Source: Geopsychrobacteraceae bacterium
Lineage (GTDB): Bacteria > Desulfobacterota > Desulfuromonadia > Desulfuromonadales > Geopsychrobacteraceae
DNA length: 64,000 bases
Direction: 5' to 3'
Assembly: GCA_963676795.2 (NCBI GenBank)
Contig: CAXXTB010000002.1
Location: 2,240,001-2,304,000 of the forward strand
Part shown: piece by piece, positions 22,400 to 34,659 of the stretch
Layout: every line of letters starts with the position of its first letter
Numbering within the stretch: the stretch's first letter is position 1
Position numbers and translations under genes: made by a program
Notes under the pieces: generated by a model
The model's input: only the letters and a program-made list of their open reading frames with translations
Told to the model about the DNA's origin: nothing
The model's database searches: none

Positions 22400-23906
22400 C
22401 GGCACCTCCCTTGAATGACGGGAGAGTTAAAGCCCTGGAGATCTCTTCCCGGTCATCAAAGTGGATCTTTTCCGTTCCAAGAATCTGATAGTCCTCATGC
22501 CCTTTTCCGGCAACCAGCAGCAGATCCCCGGAGCAACAGAGGCGACAGGCAAAATCGATCGCCTGACGACGATCAGGGATCACAATGAAACCAGGTTGTC
22601 CTGCCTGAGCCTGCCCTTCATTCAACTCGCAATACCCCTCGGCCAAGGCTCCGGCTCTGAGCTGGGCAAGGATCTGCAGAGGATCTTCCGTTCGCGGGTT
22701 ATCCGATGTGAAGATGCTCAAGGAGGAATAGCGGGCTGCAATCGCGGCCATCACCGGACGCTTCGACGGATCACGGTCCCCGCCGCAACCAACGACGGTA
22801 TATCGCTTATTCGCCTCAAGATCAGCCAGGGTTTTCAGCACCTGTTCCAGCGCATCACCGGTGTGAGCATAATCGACCAGGGCCAGGACCCCCCGCTCAT
22901 TGCCAACCGACTCAAGCCGGCCAGGGACCAGATCAAGGGCGGCGACACCGGCAGCGATTATCTCGTTATCGATGCCGAGCAGTTGAGCGGCAGTCACCGC
23001 AGCCATCAGATTACTGACATTGAACTCACCGATCAGCCGGCTGTTCACCCTGACATCGCCACCCGGGGTCGAGACAACACCCCTGATCCCGTCACGTGTA
23101 ACACTGATCTCTTCGGCACTTACAGCTGCGCTGTAGCGACCGAAACCAACCCATTCCGGATTATCCTGAAGGAGGCGCAGCCCGTAACTGTCATCGGCAT
23201 TGACCGCTGCATTCTTGCCGACCAGCAGTTCACTGAACAGCCGTTTTTTGCTGGAAAAATAGTTCTCCAGGGTCTGGTGATAATCGAGATGCTCCGGGGT
23301 CAGGTTTGTAAACACACCGACGTCGAAGCTGACGCCATCGACACGATGTTGCTCAAGCGCATGAGACGAGGTTTCCATGACGAAAGCATCGGCACCGAGA
23401 TCACGGAATTCACGCATCATCTTAAGCAATTCAACCGATTCCGGGGTGGTATGGGTCGATTGCTTACGCGTCTGACCACAGCGGTAATCGATGGTGCCGA
23501 AAATAGCCGGCCGGTATCCGGCTTTTGTCAGAATCGCTTCCAGCAGATAGCTGATCGTGGTTTTGCCATTGGTTCCGGTGATGCCAACGACCGGAACATC
23601 GGCCGTCGGCCGACCATAGAAATTAGCCGCCATCAGCGCCATAGCCTGACGGACGTTACCGACCTGAACAAAAGTGACAGCTGCATCCGGCTGCGGAATA
23701 CGCTCCGCGACGACGACCCGGGCACCCCGTTCAACAGCCTGAGGAATATAGTCGTAGCCATCGACCTTGACACCCGGCAGGGCGAAAAACACACTGCCAG
23801 CAGTGACCTGACGTGAATCATAGACGAGACCAGCGACCTCCCGGTCACAATCGCCCAGCACCTGCAGGGTCTGAACACCGGTCAATATGTCGGATAGATT
23901 TTTCAT
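22392..23906 (-). CDS. murE: UDP-MurNAc-dipeptide--meso-diaminopimelate ligase
   Basis: GTNGKTT, DYAHT, DNPR (mDAP-type specificity motif), AGKGHE. Confidence 0.97.
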   Translation of the reverse strand: MKNLSDILTGVQTLQVLGDCDREVAGLVYDSRQVTAGSVFFALPGVKVDGYDYIPQAVERGARVVVAERIPQPDAAVTFVQVGNVRQAMALMAANFYGRPTADVPVVGITGTNGKTTISYLLEAILTKAGYRPAIFGTIDYRCGQTRKQSTHTTPESVELLKMMREFRDLGADAFVMETSSHALEQHRVDGVSFDVGVFTNLTPEHLDYHQTLENYFSSKKRLFSELLVGKNAAVNADDSYGLRLLQDNPEWVGFGRYSAAVSAEEISVTRDGIRGVVSTPGGDVRVNSRLIGEFNVSNLMAAVTAAQLLGIDNEIIAAGVAALDLVPGRLESVGNERGVLALVDYAHTGDALEQVLKTLADLEANKRYTVVGCGGDRDPSKRPVMAAIAARYSSLSIFTSDNPRTEDPLQILAQLRAGALAEGYCELNEGQAQAGQPGFIVIPDRRQAIDFACRLCCSGDLLLVAGKGHEDYQILGTEKIHFDDREEISRALTLPSFKGGADV

Positions 23907-23930
23907 CAGTTGCTCATCTCGCATAAAGGT

Positions 23931-25883
23931 TCAGGCGCCGAACTTGACCCAGGCCTGTTTTCCGTACTTGATCGTCCGTCCTGCAGCCGGATACTGGTCG
24001 ACGACCCGCCCGCTGCCGGACAGCTTCAGATTGAGGTTCTTGTCTTTCATGATACGCAGAACTTCACGGTAGCTCATACCGTTGAAGTTGGGCATCAACA
24101 ACCCGTCGTTGGTTTTGACTTCCTGCAGCAGCGGGGCCAGATCCGGAAGCGGTGCAACATCGGCAGCCACGGATGCGATAGTCTCGACATGCCCGGCAGG
24201 AAGAATATCCAGATGAGCAAGGGCTTGACGGGCGAATGTCGCGAATACAGGGGCAGCGACAACTCCGCCATAGGCCATCCCTTGCGGCTCGTCAATCGTC
24301 ACCGAAATGACCAGTGCCGGATTGTCCGCGGGAACGATGCCAACAAAGGAAGAAACCATCTTGTCTGGCGAGTAGCCGCCAGTTACCGGGTCGACCTTCT
24401 GCGCTGTCCCGGTTTTGCCGGCGACCTGATAGCCTTCGATCGCGGCCATTGGGGCGGTTCCGCCTTTTTCAGTCACCGAGACCATCATCTGCCGGACCCT
24501 GTTAGCCGTAGCCTCGGAAACGACTCTGCGCCTGACCGTCGGCAGATGACGATCGAGAACGTTCCCTTCTGCATCAACGACCTTCTCAACCAGATAGGGT
24601 TCCATCAACAGTCCACCGTTGGCGATTGCCGAAATTGCGGTAGCGATCTGCAGTGGGGTAACCGAGAGCCCCTGGCCAAAGGAGATAGCGGCCAGGTCTA
24701 TCTCGAACCAGTTGGACGGCGGCCTCACCAGGCCTGTCACCTCGCCCGGAAGATCCACCCCGCTCTTTTCTCCGAAACCGAAATCACGGATATAGGAATA
24801 GAACTTCTCCCTTTCGAGGGCCTTTCCGAGCTTGGCAAAACCGATATTACTGCTGACCTTGAGCATTTCCGTCAGGGTCAGATACTTGTACTTCTTGTTA
24901 TGATCCCGGATAGTTTTACCACCGACTTCAAAACTGCCGTTTTCACAGTAGATCCTCTGCCCGGGAGTAACGATCCCTTCTTCCAGAGCAGCGGCCAGCA
25001 GTATCGGCTTGAAGGTGGAACCCGGCTCATAGACATCGGTGACAGCCCTGTTACGCCGTTTTGATGCGCGGTACTTACCGGCCCGGTTCGGATCATAGTC
25101 AGGAACGCTGGCCAGAGCCAGAATCCTGCCGCTGGCCGGCTCCATCACAACGATTGTCCCGCTGCTGGCACGGGCCTCCTTGACTGCCTTGCTCAGCTCC
25201 CGCTCGGCAATATATTGCAGGGACAGATCCAGGGTCAGGTACAGATCGTTCCCCGGCTTGCCGCCGACAACCTTCTGATCCTCGCTGGCCAGCCCGCGGC
25301 CACGCGCATCCTTTAAGGACACCAGTCGCCCAGGCTCGCCCTCCAGCAACTGATCGTATTTCAGCTCAATCCCCTCAAGTCCGCGCGGATCGAGACCGGT
25401 AAATCCGACAACATGGGAACCCACAGTCGATTGAGGATAGTAGCGCTTAGGCTCCGCAACAAAATAAAGGCCGGGCAACTTCAGTTGCTTGACCTTTTCA
25501 GCCAGCTGAGGAGTCAGCTTTCTTTGGATCCAGACGAAACGCCGCTTCTCCGAGAGTTGCCTGGTCAGATCCTTGCTGGAGCCATCCAGCACAGCAGCAA
25601 GCTTAGCAGCGGTTTCTGTTGGATTTTCAATCTGTGACGGGTCGGCATAAAGGGATTCAGCATTGACGCTGACGGCGAGAGTATCCCGGTTGCTGTCGAA
25701 AATGCTCCCCCGCTGCGGGGCCAGGGCAATGACCCGCTGACGCTGCTGATCGGCACGCTCCTGCAGGTCCGGCGCCTTGACAACGTGCAGATGGACAGCG
25801 CGACCAGCGATCGCCAGAAAGAGCAGAATAAAAAATACTCCGAATATGCGGATGCGGATCTGGGTGCCGCGCTCCGTAGCCAT
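23931..25883 (-). CDS. ftsI: Septal penicillin-binding protein FtsI with C-terminal PASTA domain
   Basis: EPGSTFK (SxxK), SSN, KTGT. Confidence 0.95.
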   Translation of the reverse strand: MATERGTQIRIRIFGVFFILLFLAIAGRAVHLHVVKAPDLQERADQQRQRVIALAPQRGSIFDSNRDTLAVSVNAESLYADPSQIENPTETAAKLAAVLDGSSKDLTRQLSEKRRFVWIQRKLTPQLAEKVKQLKLPGLYFVAEPKRYYPQSTVGSHVVGFTGLDPRGLEGIELKYDQLLEGEPGRLVSLKDARGRGLASEDQKVVGGKPGNDLYLTLDLSLQYIAERELSKAVKEARASSGTIVVMEPASGRILALASVPDYDPNRAGKYRASKRRNRAVTDVYEPGSTFKPILLAAALEEGIVTPGQRIYCENGSFEVGGKTIRDHNKKYKYLTLTEMLKVSSNIGFAKLGKALEREKFYSYIRDFGFGEKSGVDLPGEVTGLVRPPSNWFEIDLAAISFGQGLSVTPLQIATAISAIANGGLLMEPYLVEKVVDAEGNVLDRHLPTVRRRVVSEATANRVRQMMVSVTEKGGTAPMAAIEGYQVAGKTGTAQKVDPVTGGYSPDKMVSSFVGIVPADNPALVISVTIDEPQGMAYGGVVAAPVFATFARQALAHLDILPAGHVETIASVAADVAPLPDLAPLLQEVKTNDGLLMPNFNGMSYREVLRIMKDKNLNLKLSGSGRVVDQYPAAGRTIKYGKQAWVKFGA

Positions 25884-26198
25884 TTAGTTGATCCGGATGA
25901 CCTGCCCAGGAACCGGCTCTCTCAGACCCAGCTTTCTGGCTTTTTCGGCGATCCTCTCATCCTGAGCCAGATATGCCGCTTCCAGCTCAAGAGCCTTGAT
26001 CTGGCGCTGCTCTTCACGGATATCCCGCTCCAGCTTCGAGATGTCGTATTCCAGACTGATCGCATGGATGCGCGACCAGACAAACAACAGGGCAAGGACT
26101 GAGACCAGAACTATAGAGACCAGCACCGACAGAAGACGGGGCCGATAAAATGAAAAACCACTTATCTTAACAATTGCGTGCGGCATCGCCTGAGACAT
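25884..26198 (-). CDS. ftsL: Cell division protein FtsL
   Basis: One TM helix plus coiled coil, between rsmH and ftsI. Confidence 0.88.
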   Translation of the reverse strand: MSQAMPHAIVKISGFSFYRPRLLSVLVSIVLVSVLALLFVWSRIHAISLEYDISKLERDIREEQRQIKALELEAAYLAQDERIAEKARKLGLREPVPGQVIRIN

Positions 26199-26222
26199 TG
26201 GAACTCCCCTTTCTCCATGTTC

Positions 26223-27164
26223 TCAGCAGCGCTCAACAGCTCTCAAAACTGCGCTGCGCGACCTGATATTATTTTCGATTTCAGCGTCCGTAGCCTTTAC
26301 CCCCTTGCGGGTGAGAAGCTTAACCTCCGGCTGCCTGTTACACTGACAGACCGGCAGGCGTGGCGGACAGATACAACCCGTTGCACGTTCACGAAACAAC
26401 TGCTTGACGATGCGGTCCTCAAGAGAATGAAAGCTGATCACAACCAGTCGCCCACCCGGCTTCAGCAGATCTACCGCAGCATCAACCCCTCTTTTGACCT
26501 GCCCAAGCTCATCGTTAATATGAATCCGCAGGGCCTGAAACACCCGGGTCGCAGGATGGATACGTCCCGGCTTACGTCCTCCGGGCACCGCATCCCTGAC
26601 CAGTTCAGCCAGCTGCCGGGTCATCAGCAGCGGCTCTTCATCACGGACGGAAACGATCTTCCTGGCAATACGGCGACTGAAGCGCTCCTCTCCGTATTCA
26701 AAAAAGATGCGCATCAGCTCTTCCTCATCCGCCTGCTGCAGGAACTCGGCTGCGGTCATCCCGGCCGTCGGGTTCATGCGCATATCGAGGGGCGCATTCA
26801 GACGAAAGGAAAACCCCCGGTCCGCCGTATCAAGCTGGTGGGACGAAACGCCCAGATCGAGCAGCATGCCGTCCAGTTTATCGATTCCCAGCTCAGCCAG
26901 TACCTCGGAAGCCCTGTCGAAGGTCGTGTGGTGCAGACTTACCTGTGCGGCGTAGGGCTCAAGTACCTTGGCCGCGGCTTCCAGCGCACTAGGATCACGA
27001 TCAAGGCCGATCAGACGCAGGCCGGGAACAGCCTGGAGTAGCAGACTGGAATGACCGGCGCCGCCCAATGTGCCATCGAGGTAAACGCCACCCTGCTTCG
27101 GCTGAAGAAAGTGAAGAACCTCTTGCGGCATAACCGATTCATGCTCAAAGACCAGATCCGCCAT
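26223..27164 (-). CDS. rsmH: 16S rRNA m4C1402 methyltransferase
   Basis: DGTLGGAGHS, DLGVSS, HPATRVFQALRI, FHSLEDR. Confidence 0.97.
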   Translation of the reverse strand: MADLVFEHESVMPQEVLHFLQPKQGGVYLDGTLGGAGHSSLLLQAVPGLRLIGLDRDPSALEAAAKVLEPYAAQVSLHHTTFDRASEVLAELGIDKLDGMLLDLGVSSHQLDTADRGFSFRLNAPLDMRMNPTAGMTAAEFLQQADEEELMRIFFEYGEERFSRRIARKIVSVRDEEPLLMTRQLAELVRDAVPGGRKPGRIHPATRVFQALRIHINDELGQVKRGVDAAVDLLKPGGRLVVISFHSLEDRIVKQLFRERATGCICPPRLPVCQCNRQPEVKLLTRKGVKATDAEIENNIRSRSAVLRAVERC

Positions 27165-27607
27165 CAGAAACCCAGGTCCGCCAGAAGCTGAGGATCGGCT
27201 TCAAGCACAACCTCATCCTCGGCAATCTTGTTGAGATAAGCTTCTCGGCTCCAGATTTCTATCTTGTCGAGAACGCCGACAACGACGGCTTCGCCGTCGA
27301 TGTTGCGTGATTCACGCAAAGACTGAGGGATCTGAATCCTCCCCTGGGCATTGAATGAGCATTCCTTGGCGGGTGCGATACGGGCCCTCATCGCCGTATC
27401 ACGGCTGACTCCGGCCGGCATATTCAGAACATTCTGACGAATCTTTTCCCACTGGGCCGGCGGGTAGGCGATCAAGCCGTCCTTGATCCGGGTCACAACC
27501 AGGCTGTCACTGGAGTAAACATCAGACAGTTCAGCGCGAAATTCAGACGGAACGCTGATCCGCCCTTTCGCATCGACACTGACATGATATTCACCGTTAA
27601 AATTCAA
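27164..27607 (-). CDS. mraZ: Transcriptional regulator MraZ (TTG start)
   Basis: Two AbrB-like repeats (DAKGRISVP, NAQGRIQIP), KIEIW; first gene of the dcw cluster. Confidence 0.9.
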   Translation of the reverse strand: MNFNGEYHVSVDAKGRISVPSEFRAELSDVYSSDSLVVTRIKDGLIAYPPAQWEKIRQNVLNMPAGVSRDTAMRARIAPAKECSFNAQGRIQIPQSLRESRNIDGEAVVVGVLDKIEIWSREAYLNKIAEDEVVLEADPQLLADLGF

Positions 27608-27610
27608 TTT

Positions 27611-27635
27611 GACACCTCATTGCACTGTTTGACAC
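27611..27635 (-). promoter_or_regulatory. Three 10-bp-phased GTG(TC/CA) repeats, candidate MraZ operator
   Basis: Minus strand GGTGTCAAAC-AGTGCAATGA-GGTGTCAAAT between the promoter and the start codon. Confidence 0.6.
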
Positions 27636-27647
27636 CGAATTGATAGA

Positions 27648-27676
27648 AATATAGCCCCGGTACAAGCGACTGTCAA
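27648..27676 (-). promoter_or_regulatory. sigma70 promoter of the dcw cluster
   Basis: TTGACA-17 nt-TATATT. Confidence 0.8.
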
Positions 27677-27916
27677 GGACAAATCAGCGCAAAGCAAAGA
27701 ACAGCTCGCGCCCGTAAATGCTCGATTTAGATTCATTTTTTCATGACTGAGGAATCGGCAAAACGGCAGGATTTACAGGGTGTCAAAGCCGATCTGAAGA
27801 GCCCCGATCAGGGGCTAGCAACCCTAAATCATTGGCTTTTTCAGAAAACTCAAATGAGAATTGGCGGGCAGGCTACAACTTGTTCAGGCGAAAAAACGGG
27901 GGGCTACAGGCAGGTT

Positions 27917-29182
27917 TCATCCAACAGAATCGGTATCAAGCAGAACCATCTCAACCTCTTCGATACGCCTTTCTTCCATACGTCGGACGCGAAAAACAAT
28001 TCCGGTCTCCTCGCAGGCATCCCCTTCACTGGGGATCTTGCCCATCACCTGCAACAGATGCCCAGCCAGGGTGGTAACATGCTCTTCTGGCAGAGACAGA
28101 TTGAAACGGCGATTGACCTCGCGAAGCGGGATCGACGCGTCAATCAGGAACTGACGTGGCGCAATCTCCTTGAAGTCGATGACTTCTTCATCATGTTCAT
28201 CCTGGATATCGCCAACGATCTCCTCGACAACATCCTCAAGCGTCACAATCCCCTCGACCCCACCGTATTCATCGACAACAATCGCCAGATGTTCATGCTT
28301 GACCCGAAAGCTCTGCAGCAGTACGGCAATCCGTTTCGACTCCGGCACATAATAGGGAGGGCGGCAGAGCTCCTTCAGCGAAAAAGCCTCCGTGTTATCG
28401 ATAAAATCGAGCACATCCTTGGCGTGAGCAACACCGACCAGATTGTCGAGGTTGTCCCGGTAAACGGGAAAGCGCGAGTGTTTGACTTCGCGAATAACCG
28501 CCAGAGCCTCATCGAAGCTGGTATTGACCTCCAGACCTGTAACCTCTGTTCGGGGAATCATGACATCGCGCACCCGGGTTTCCGACAGATCGAAAATGCC
28601 GTGCAGCATCCGCTTCTGTTCAGCTGCGACAACCCCCGATTCCTCCCCGACTTCAATCATCGCCTTGATTTCACCCTCAGAGACAGAGAGCGATTCGGCA
28701 ACCCCCTTGCGCAGAAAACTGGTCAGCAGCCGGGACACCGAGGAGACGATAAAAACAATAGGATTCAGAAAAAACAAAATCAGGCGAATGGGACCAAGGA
28801 CGAGAAACGAGACCTTTTCAGGGTATTGGGCGGAATAGGTCTTGGGACAAACCTCAGAGAAAATCAGCAACAGCGGCGTCAGAATGGCAACCGTGGCCCA
28901 CTCCCCGTCTGCGCCGAACAGTTCGACGAACAGACCGGTCGCAATGACCGAAGCGGCAATATTGACCAGGTTATTACCGACCAGAATTCCGCTGAGCAGA
29001 TGATCAGGATTGTCAAGCAATGCGGCGAGCTTGTCAGCCCGCGGACGCTTGCTCTGCTGAAGAAAACGGACACGCAGTTTATCAAGGGAAAGCAGCGCTG
29101 TCTCTGACCCGGAAAAGAAACCGGAAAATCCCAACAGGAAAAGCAGAGCCAGCAACCGCCAGGTTATCTCATCCGACATCAT
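27917..29182 (-). CDS. HlyC/CorC (CNNM) family Mg2+/Co2+ transport protein
   Basis: DUF21 FFSGSETAL, CBS pair (HSRFPVY, VDEYGG), CorC-like C-terminus. Confidence 0.93.
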   Translation of the reverse strand: MMSDEITWRLLALLFLLGFSGFFSGSETALLSLDKLRVRFLQQSKRPRADKLAALLDNPDHLLSGILVGNNLVNIAASVIATGLFVELFGADGEWATVAILTPLLLIFSEVCPKTYSAQYPEKVSFLVLGPIRLILFFLNPIVFIVSSVSRLLTSFLRKGVAESLSVSEGEIKAMIEVGEESGVVAAEQKRMLHGIFDLSETRVRDVMIPRTEVTGLEVNTSFDEALAVIREVKHSRFPVYRDNLDNLVGVAHAKDVLDFIDNTEAFSLKELCRPPYYVPESKRIAVLLQSFRVKHEHLAIVVDEYGGVEGIVTLEDVVEEIVGDIQDEHDEEVIDFKEIAPRQFLIDASIPLREVNRRFNLSLPEEHVTTLAGHLLQVMGKIPSEGDACEETGIVFRVRRMEERRIEEVEMVLLDTDSVG

Positions 29183-29274
29183 GACCCCGGGAAAGCAGAT
29201 TGCTAAGAACAGAATTTATTTGATCTATTACCATATCTGGCCGCCAGAATAATAGCATTTATTGAGCAATGTGA

Positions 29275-31397
<2,123 letters not shown>

Positions 31398-31398
<1 letters not shown>

Positions 31399-31676
31399 TG
31401 AGCAGAGCAGCAGCACAGATCCAGATTCAGGGACGGGTTCAGGGGGTTGGTTTTCGCTACAGCCTCAAACGTACAGCTGACAGTTATCAGCTCTGCGGCT
31501 GGTGCCGCAACACGCCGGACGGCAAGGTTGAAGCCCTGCTCTGTGGAGAGAAATCAGCTGTCGCAGCGGTTATCGACTGGTGCCGACAGGGCCCGGCGCT
31601 GGCTGCGGTCAGTCATATCGAGATCAACTGGCAAAATGATCAGCAGTGCCCTAGTGGCTTCACCATTTTGCGCTGA
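31398..31676 (+). CDS. acyP: Acylphosphatase
   Basis: GRVQGVGFR and GWCRN motifs; TGATG overlap with ligA. Confidence 0.93.
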
Positions 31677-31687
31677 TTCCCTCTCAC

Positions 31688-32506
31688 TCAGCTTGGCCGG
31701 ACCGAGCGCTTCTTTTCCTGACGGCTGATGACAATCCCGGAAATGATGATCCCGCTGGTCACGACCAGCAGAATCAGGGTCGCAAGCGCATTGATTTCCG
31801 GACTGACACCGAGACGGACACTGGAATAGACAACCATCGGCAAGGTCGTTGCTCCCGGGCCCGAGACAAAGCTGGCGATGACCAGATCGTCCAGCGACAG
31901 GGTAAAGGCGAGCAGCCAACCGGAAACAATCGCCGGGGCGATGACCGGCAGCGTGATCTGCAGAAAGACCTTCCAGGGTCGCGCGCCAAGATCCATCGCC
32001 GCTTCTTCGAGAGAGATATCCATATCCCCCAGCCGCGACTGGACAACCACCGTCACATAGGCGGAACTGAAGGTCACATGAGCCAGCAGGATGGTCGTCA
32101 TCCCACGGCTTGCCGGCCAGCCGGTCAACTGCTGCAGAGCGACGAACAGGAGCAGGATCGACAGGCCGATGATGACATCCGGCATGACCAGCGGTGCCGC
32201 CGTCAGGCCGGCCAGATAACCGCGGCCTCGAAAGCGCCCGAAACGGGCCAGGGCGAAGCCGGTAAACAGGCCGAGCACAACGGCAAAGCTGGCGTTCAAG
32301 GCCGCGATCTTGAGGCTCAGCCAGGCCGCCGAAAGGATCTGGCCATCATGAATAAGCTCTTTGTACCAGTGCGTTGAAAAACCACCCCAGACCGTGACGA
32401 GCCGCGACTTATTGAACGAATAGACGACCAGCGAGACGATCGGCCCGTATAGAAAGGCGTAGCCGAAGGCCATCATGGTGAAGACATACCAGGAGCGGCG
32501 GCGCAT
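31688..32506 (-). CDS. potI: Polyamine (putrescine) ABC transporter permease
   Basis: EEAAMDLGA loop, FTLSLDD, GATTLPM. Confidence 0.9.
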   Translation of the reverse strand: MRRRSWYVFTMMAFGYAFLYGPIVSLVVYSFNKSRLVTVWGGFSTHWYKELIHDGQILSAAWLSLKIAALNASFAVVLGLFTGFALARFGRFRGRGYLAGLTAAPLVMPDVIIGLSILLLFVALQQLTGWPASRGMTTILLAHVTFSSAYVTVVVQSRLGDMDISLEEAAMDLGARPWKVFLQITLPVIAPAIVSGWLLAFTLSLDDLVIASFVSGPGATTLPMVVYSSVRLGVSPEINALATLILLVVTSGIIISGIVISRQEKKRSVRPS

Positions 32507-33508
32507 CTACTCCCCCCTCTCGGCAGCGAGATCCCGGGAATTTTCCTGGGCCCGCTGAAAGACAACCATCGGCACGACCAGCAACAACAGCAGGACAACG
32601 GCGATCGCCGAGGCGACCGGCCAGTCGCGGTTGTTGAAAAATTCGGTCCAGAGGATCTTGCCGATCATCAGGCTGTCCGGTCCGCCGAGCAGATCGGGAA
32701 TGACGAACTCACCGACCGCCGGAATGAAGACCAGCAGACCGCCGGCGATAACCCCGGGCAGCGAAAGCGGAAAGGTCACCCGCCAGAAGGCCCCCGTCGG
32801 CCGGCAACCGAGATCTTCGGCCGCCTCGAGCAGACTGTTGTCGATCTTGACCAGGGTCGCATAGAGCGGCAGGACCATAAACGGCAGGTAGGAATAAACA
32901 ATGCCGACATAGACGGCAAAATCACTGTGCAGCAACGGCAGCGGCTGATCGATGACACCGAGCATCAGCAGCAGGTTATTGATCAGGCCGTTGCTCTTGA
33001 GCAGACCGATCCAGGCATAGACGCGGATCAGAAAGCTGGTCCAGAACGGCAGGATGACCATCATCAGCAGCAACAGTCGCCAGACCCCCTTGCACTTACT
33101 GATCCCCAGCGCCATCGGATAGCCAACCAGCAGGGTCAGGATCGCCGAGATCGCCGCGGTCTTGACCGAATTAATGAAAGCGCTGATATACAGACTGTCT
33201 TCGATCAGCAGCAGATAATTATAGAAATTGAGCCGGATCTGCAGCAGGCCGTCGCCACTCCACTGCAGGAGGTCGGAAAACGGCGGCTGAGCCAGCAAGG
33301 ATTCAGCCAGACTGATTTTGAGAACAAACAAAAACGGCAGCAGAAAGAAGACGGTCAGCCACAGAATCGGGACCAGAATAACCAGTCGCCGGCCTCGCAG
33401 CATCCCCGCGATGCCGCGCACCCGGTTCCAGAGAACGATGCTCGACAGCCAGACCCAGAAGCGGCCGAACAGGCTCTGCGGCAAGGGGGATCCGGGGCGG
33501 GCACTCAT
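32507..33508 (-). CDS. potH: Polyamine (putrescine) ABC transporter permease
   Basis: LPFWTSFLIRVYAW, EAAEDLG, GEFVIPDLLGG. Confidence 0.9.
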   Translation of the reverse strand: MSARPGSPLPQSLFGRFWVWLSSIVLWNRVRGIAGMLRGRRLVILVPILWLTVFFLLPFLFVLKISLAESLLAQPPFSDLLQWSGDGLLQIRLNFYNYLLLIEDSLYISAFINSVKTAAISAILTLLVGYPMALGISKCKGVWRLLLLMMVILPFWTSFLIRVYAWIGLLKSNGLINNLLLMLGVIDQPLPLLHSDFAVYVGIVYSYLPFMVLPLYATLVKIDNSLLEAAEDLGCRPTGAFWRVTFPLSLPGVIAGGLLVFIPAVGEFVIPDLLGGPDSLMIGKILWTEFFNNRDWPVASAIAVVLLLLLVVPMVVFQRAQENSRDLAAERGE

Positions 33509-34653
33509 GCTTCAAGCACCACGCCACTGGAGGCATGCCAGTAGAGGGAAACCTGCTGATCCCAGGTCGGGCCGGGGTTTTCGACCCGGTTGCGATTGGT
33601 CAGCTGGGCCTGGATGATTTTCCCCCCGGCGGTTCTGACATGATAGATCGAAATATCCCCGAGATAGGCGATCTCGGCGACCGTACCACTGATCCGGTTG
33701 ACAACATCCACTGAATCGTTATCATCAAGCACCGACATCAGGACCTTTTCCGGACGCAGAGCGACCGCAACCGGAGCCCCGATGTCGAGAGGCTTGGGGT
33801 GGTGAATCTGCAGTTCGCAGTCATAATCATCGCTGTAGATCAGCAGTTCATCACCGCGCACATCCATCACCCGCCCTTCCAGAACGTTGGCCGCACCGAC
33901 AAACTCGGCAATAAAACGGGTGGCCGGATATTCGTAGATGTAGGCCGGGGTCCCGAGCTGGGCGATGACGCCGTCATTCATGACCGCAATCCGGCTCGAC
34001 ATGGTCATCGCCTCTTCCTGGTCGTGGGTGACCATGATAAAGGTGATGCCAAGCTTCTCCTGGATATTGACAAGCTCGAACTGGGTATGTTCGCGCAGCT
34101 TTTTATCGAGTGCCCCGAGGGGTTCGTCAAGCAGCAGAATCTTCGGCCGCTTGACCAGCGCCCTTGCCAGGGCGACCCGCTGGCGCTGACCGCCGGACAG
34201 GCGGTCCGGCTTACGCTTGGCGAAGGCCTCCATTTTGACCAGCGCCAGGGCGCCCTCGACCCGCTCGGAGATCTCCGCCTTGGGCAACCCCTCCTGACGC
34301 AGGCCGAAAGCGATGTTCTTCTCGACACTCATATGCGGAAACAGCGCATAGGACTGAAACATCATATTGACCGGGCGCTCATAGGGAGGCACCCGGGTGA
34401 TGTCGGCCCCATCAATATAGATTTTGCCGACCGTCGGCATCTCGAACCCGGCCAGCATGCGCAGCAGGGTCGTTTTGCCGCAACCGGACGAGCCGAGCAG
34501 GGAAAAAAACTCGCCTCGGTAGATATCGAGACTGACATTGTCGACGGCATAGGTATCGCCAAAGGTCTTGGTCACCCCTTCGATCTGCACCAGGGGCTTG
34601 GCATTCACATCCTGCCAGGGCTCGTAACGCTGATTGTCCTGCCGTTCCGCCAT
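33505..34653 (-). CDS. potG: Polyamine ABC transporter ATP-binding subunit (PotG/PotA)
   Basis: GSSGCGKTT, LSGGQRQR, LDEPLGALD, TOBE-like C-terminus. Confidence 0.9.
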   Translation of the reverse strand: MAERQDNQRYEPWQDVNAKPLVQIEGVTKTFGDTYAVDNVSLDIYRGEFFSLLGSSGCGKTTLLRMLAGFEMPTVGKIYIDGADITRVPPYERPVNMMFQSYALFPHMSVEKNIAFGLRQEGLPKAEISERVEGALALVKMEAFAKRKPDRLSGGQRQRVALARALVKRPKILLLDEPLGALDKKLREHTQFELVNIQEKLGITFIMVTHDQEEAMTMSSRIAVMNDGVIAQLGTPAYIYEYPATRFIAEFVGAANVLEGRVMDVRGDELLIYSDDYDCELQIHHPKPLDIGAPVAVALRPEKVLMSVLDDNDSVDVVNRISGTVAEIAYLGDISIYHVRTAGGKIIQAQLTNRNRVENPGPTWDQQVSLYWHASSGVVLEA

Positions 34654-34659
34654 CGTTCG

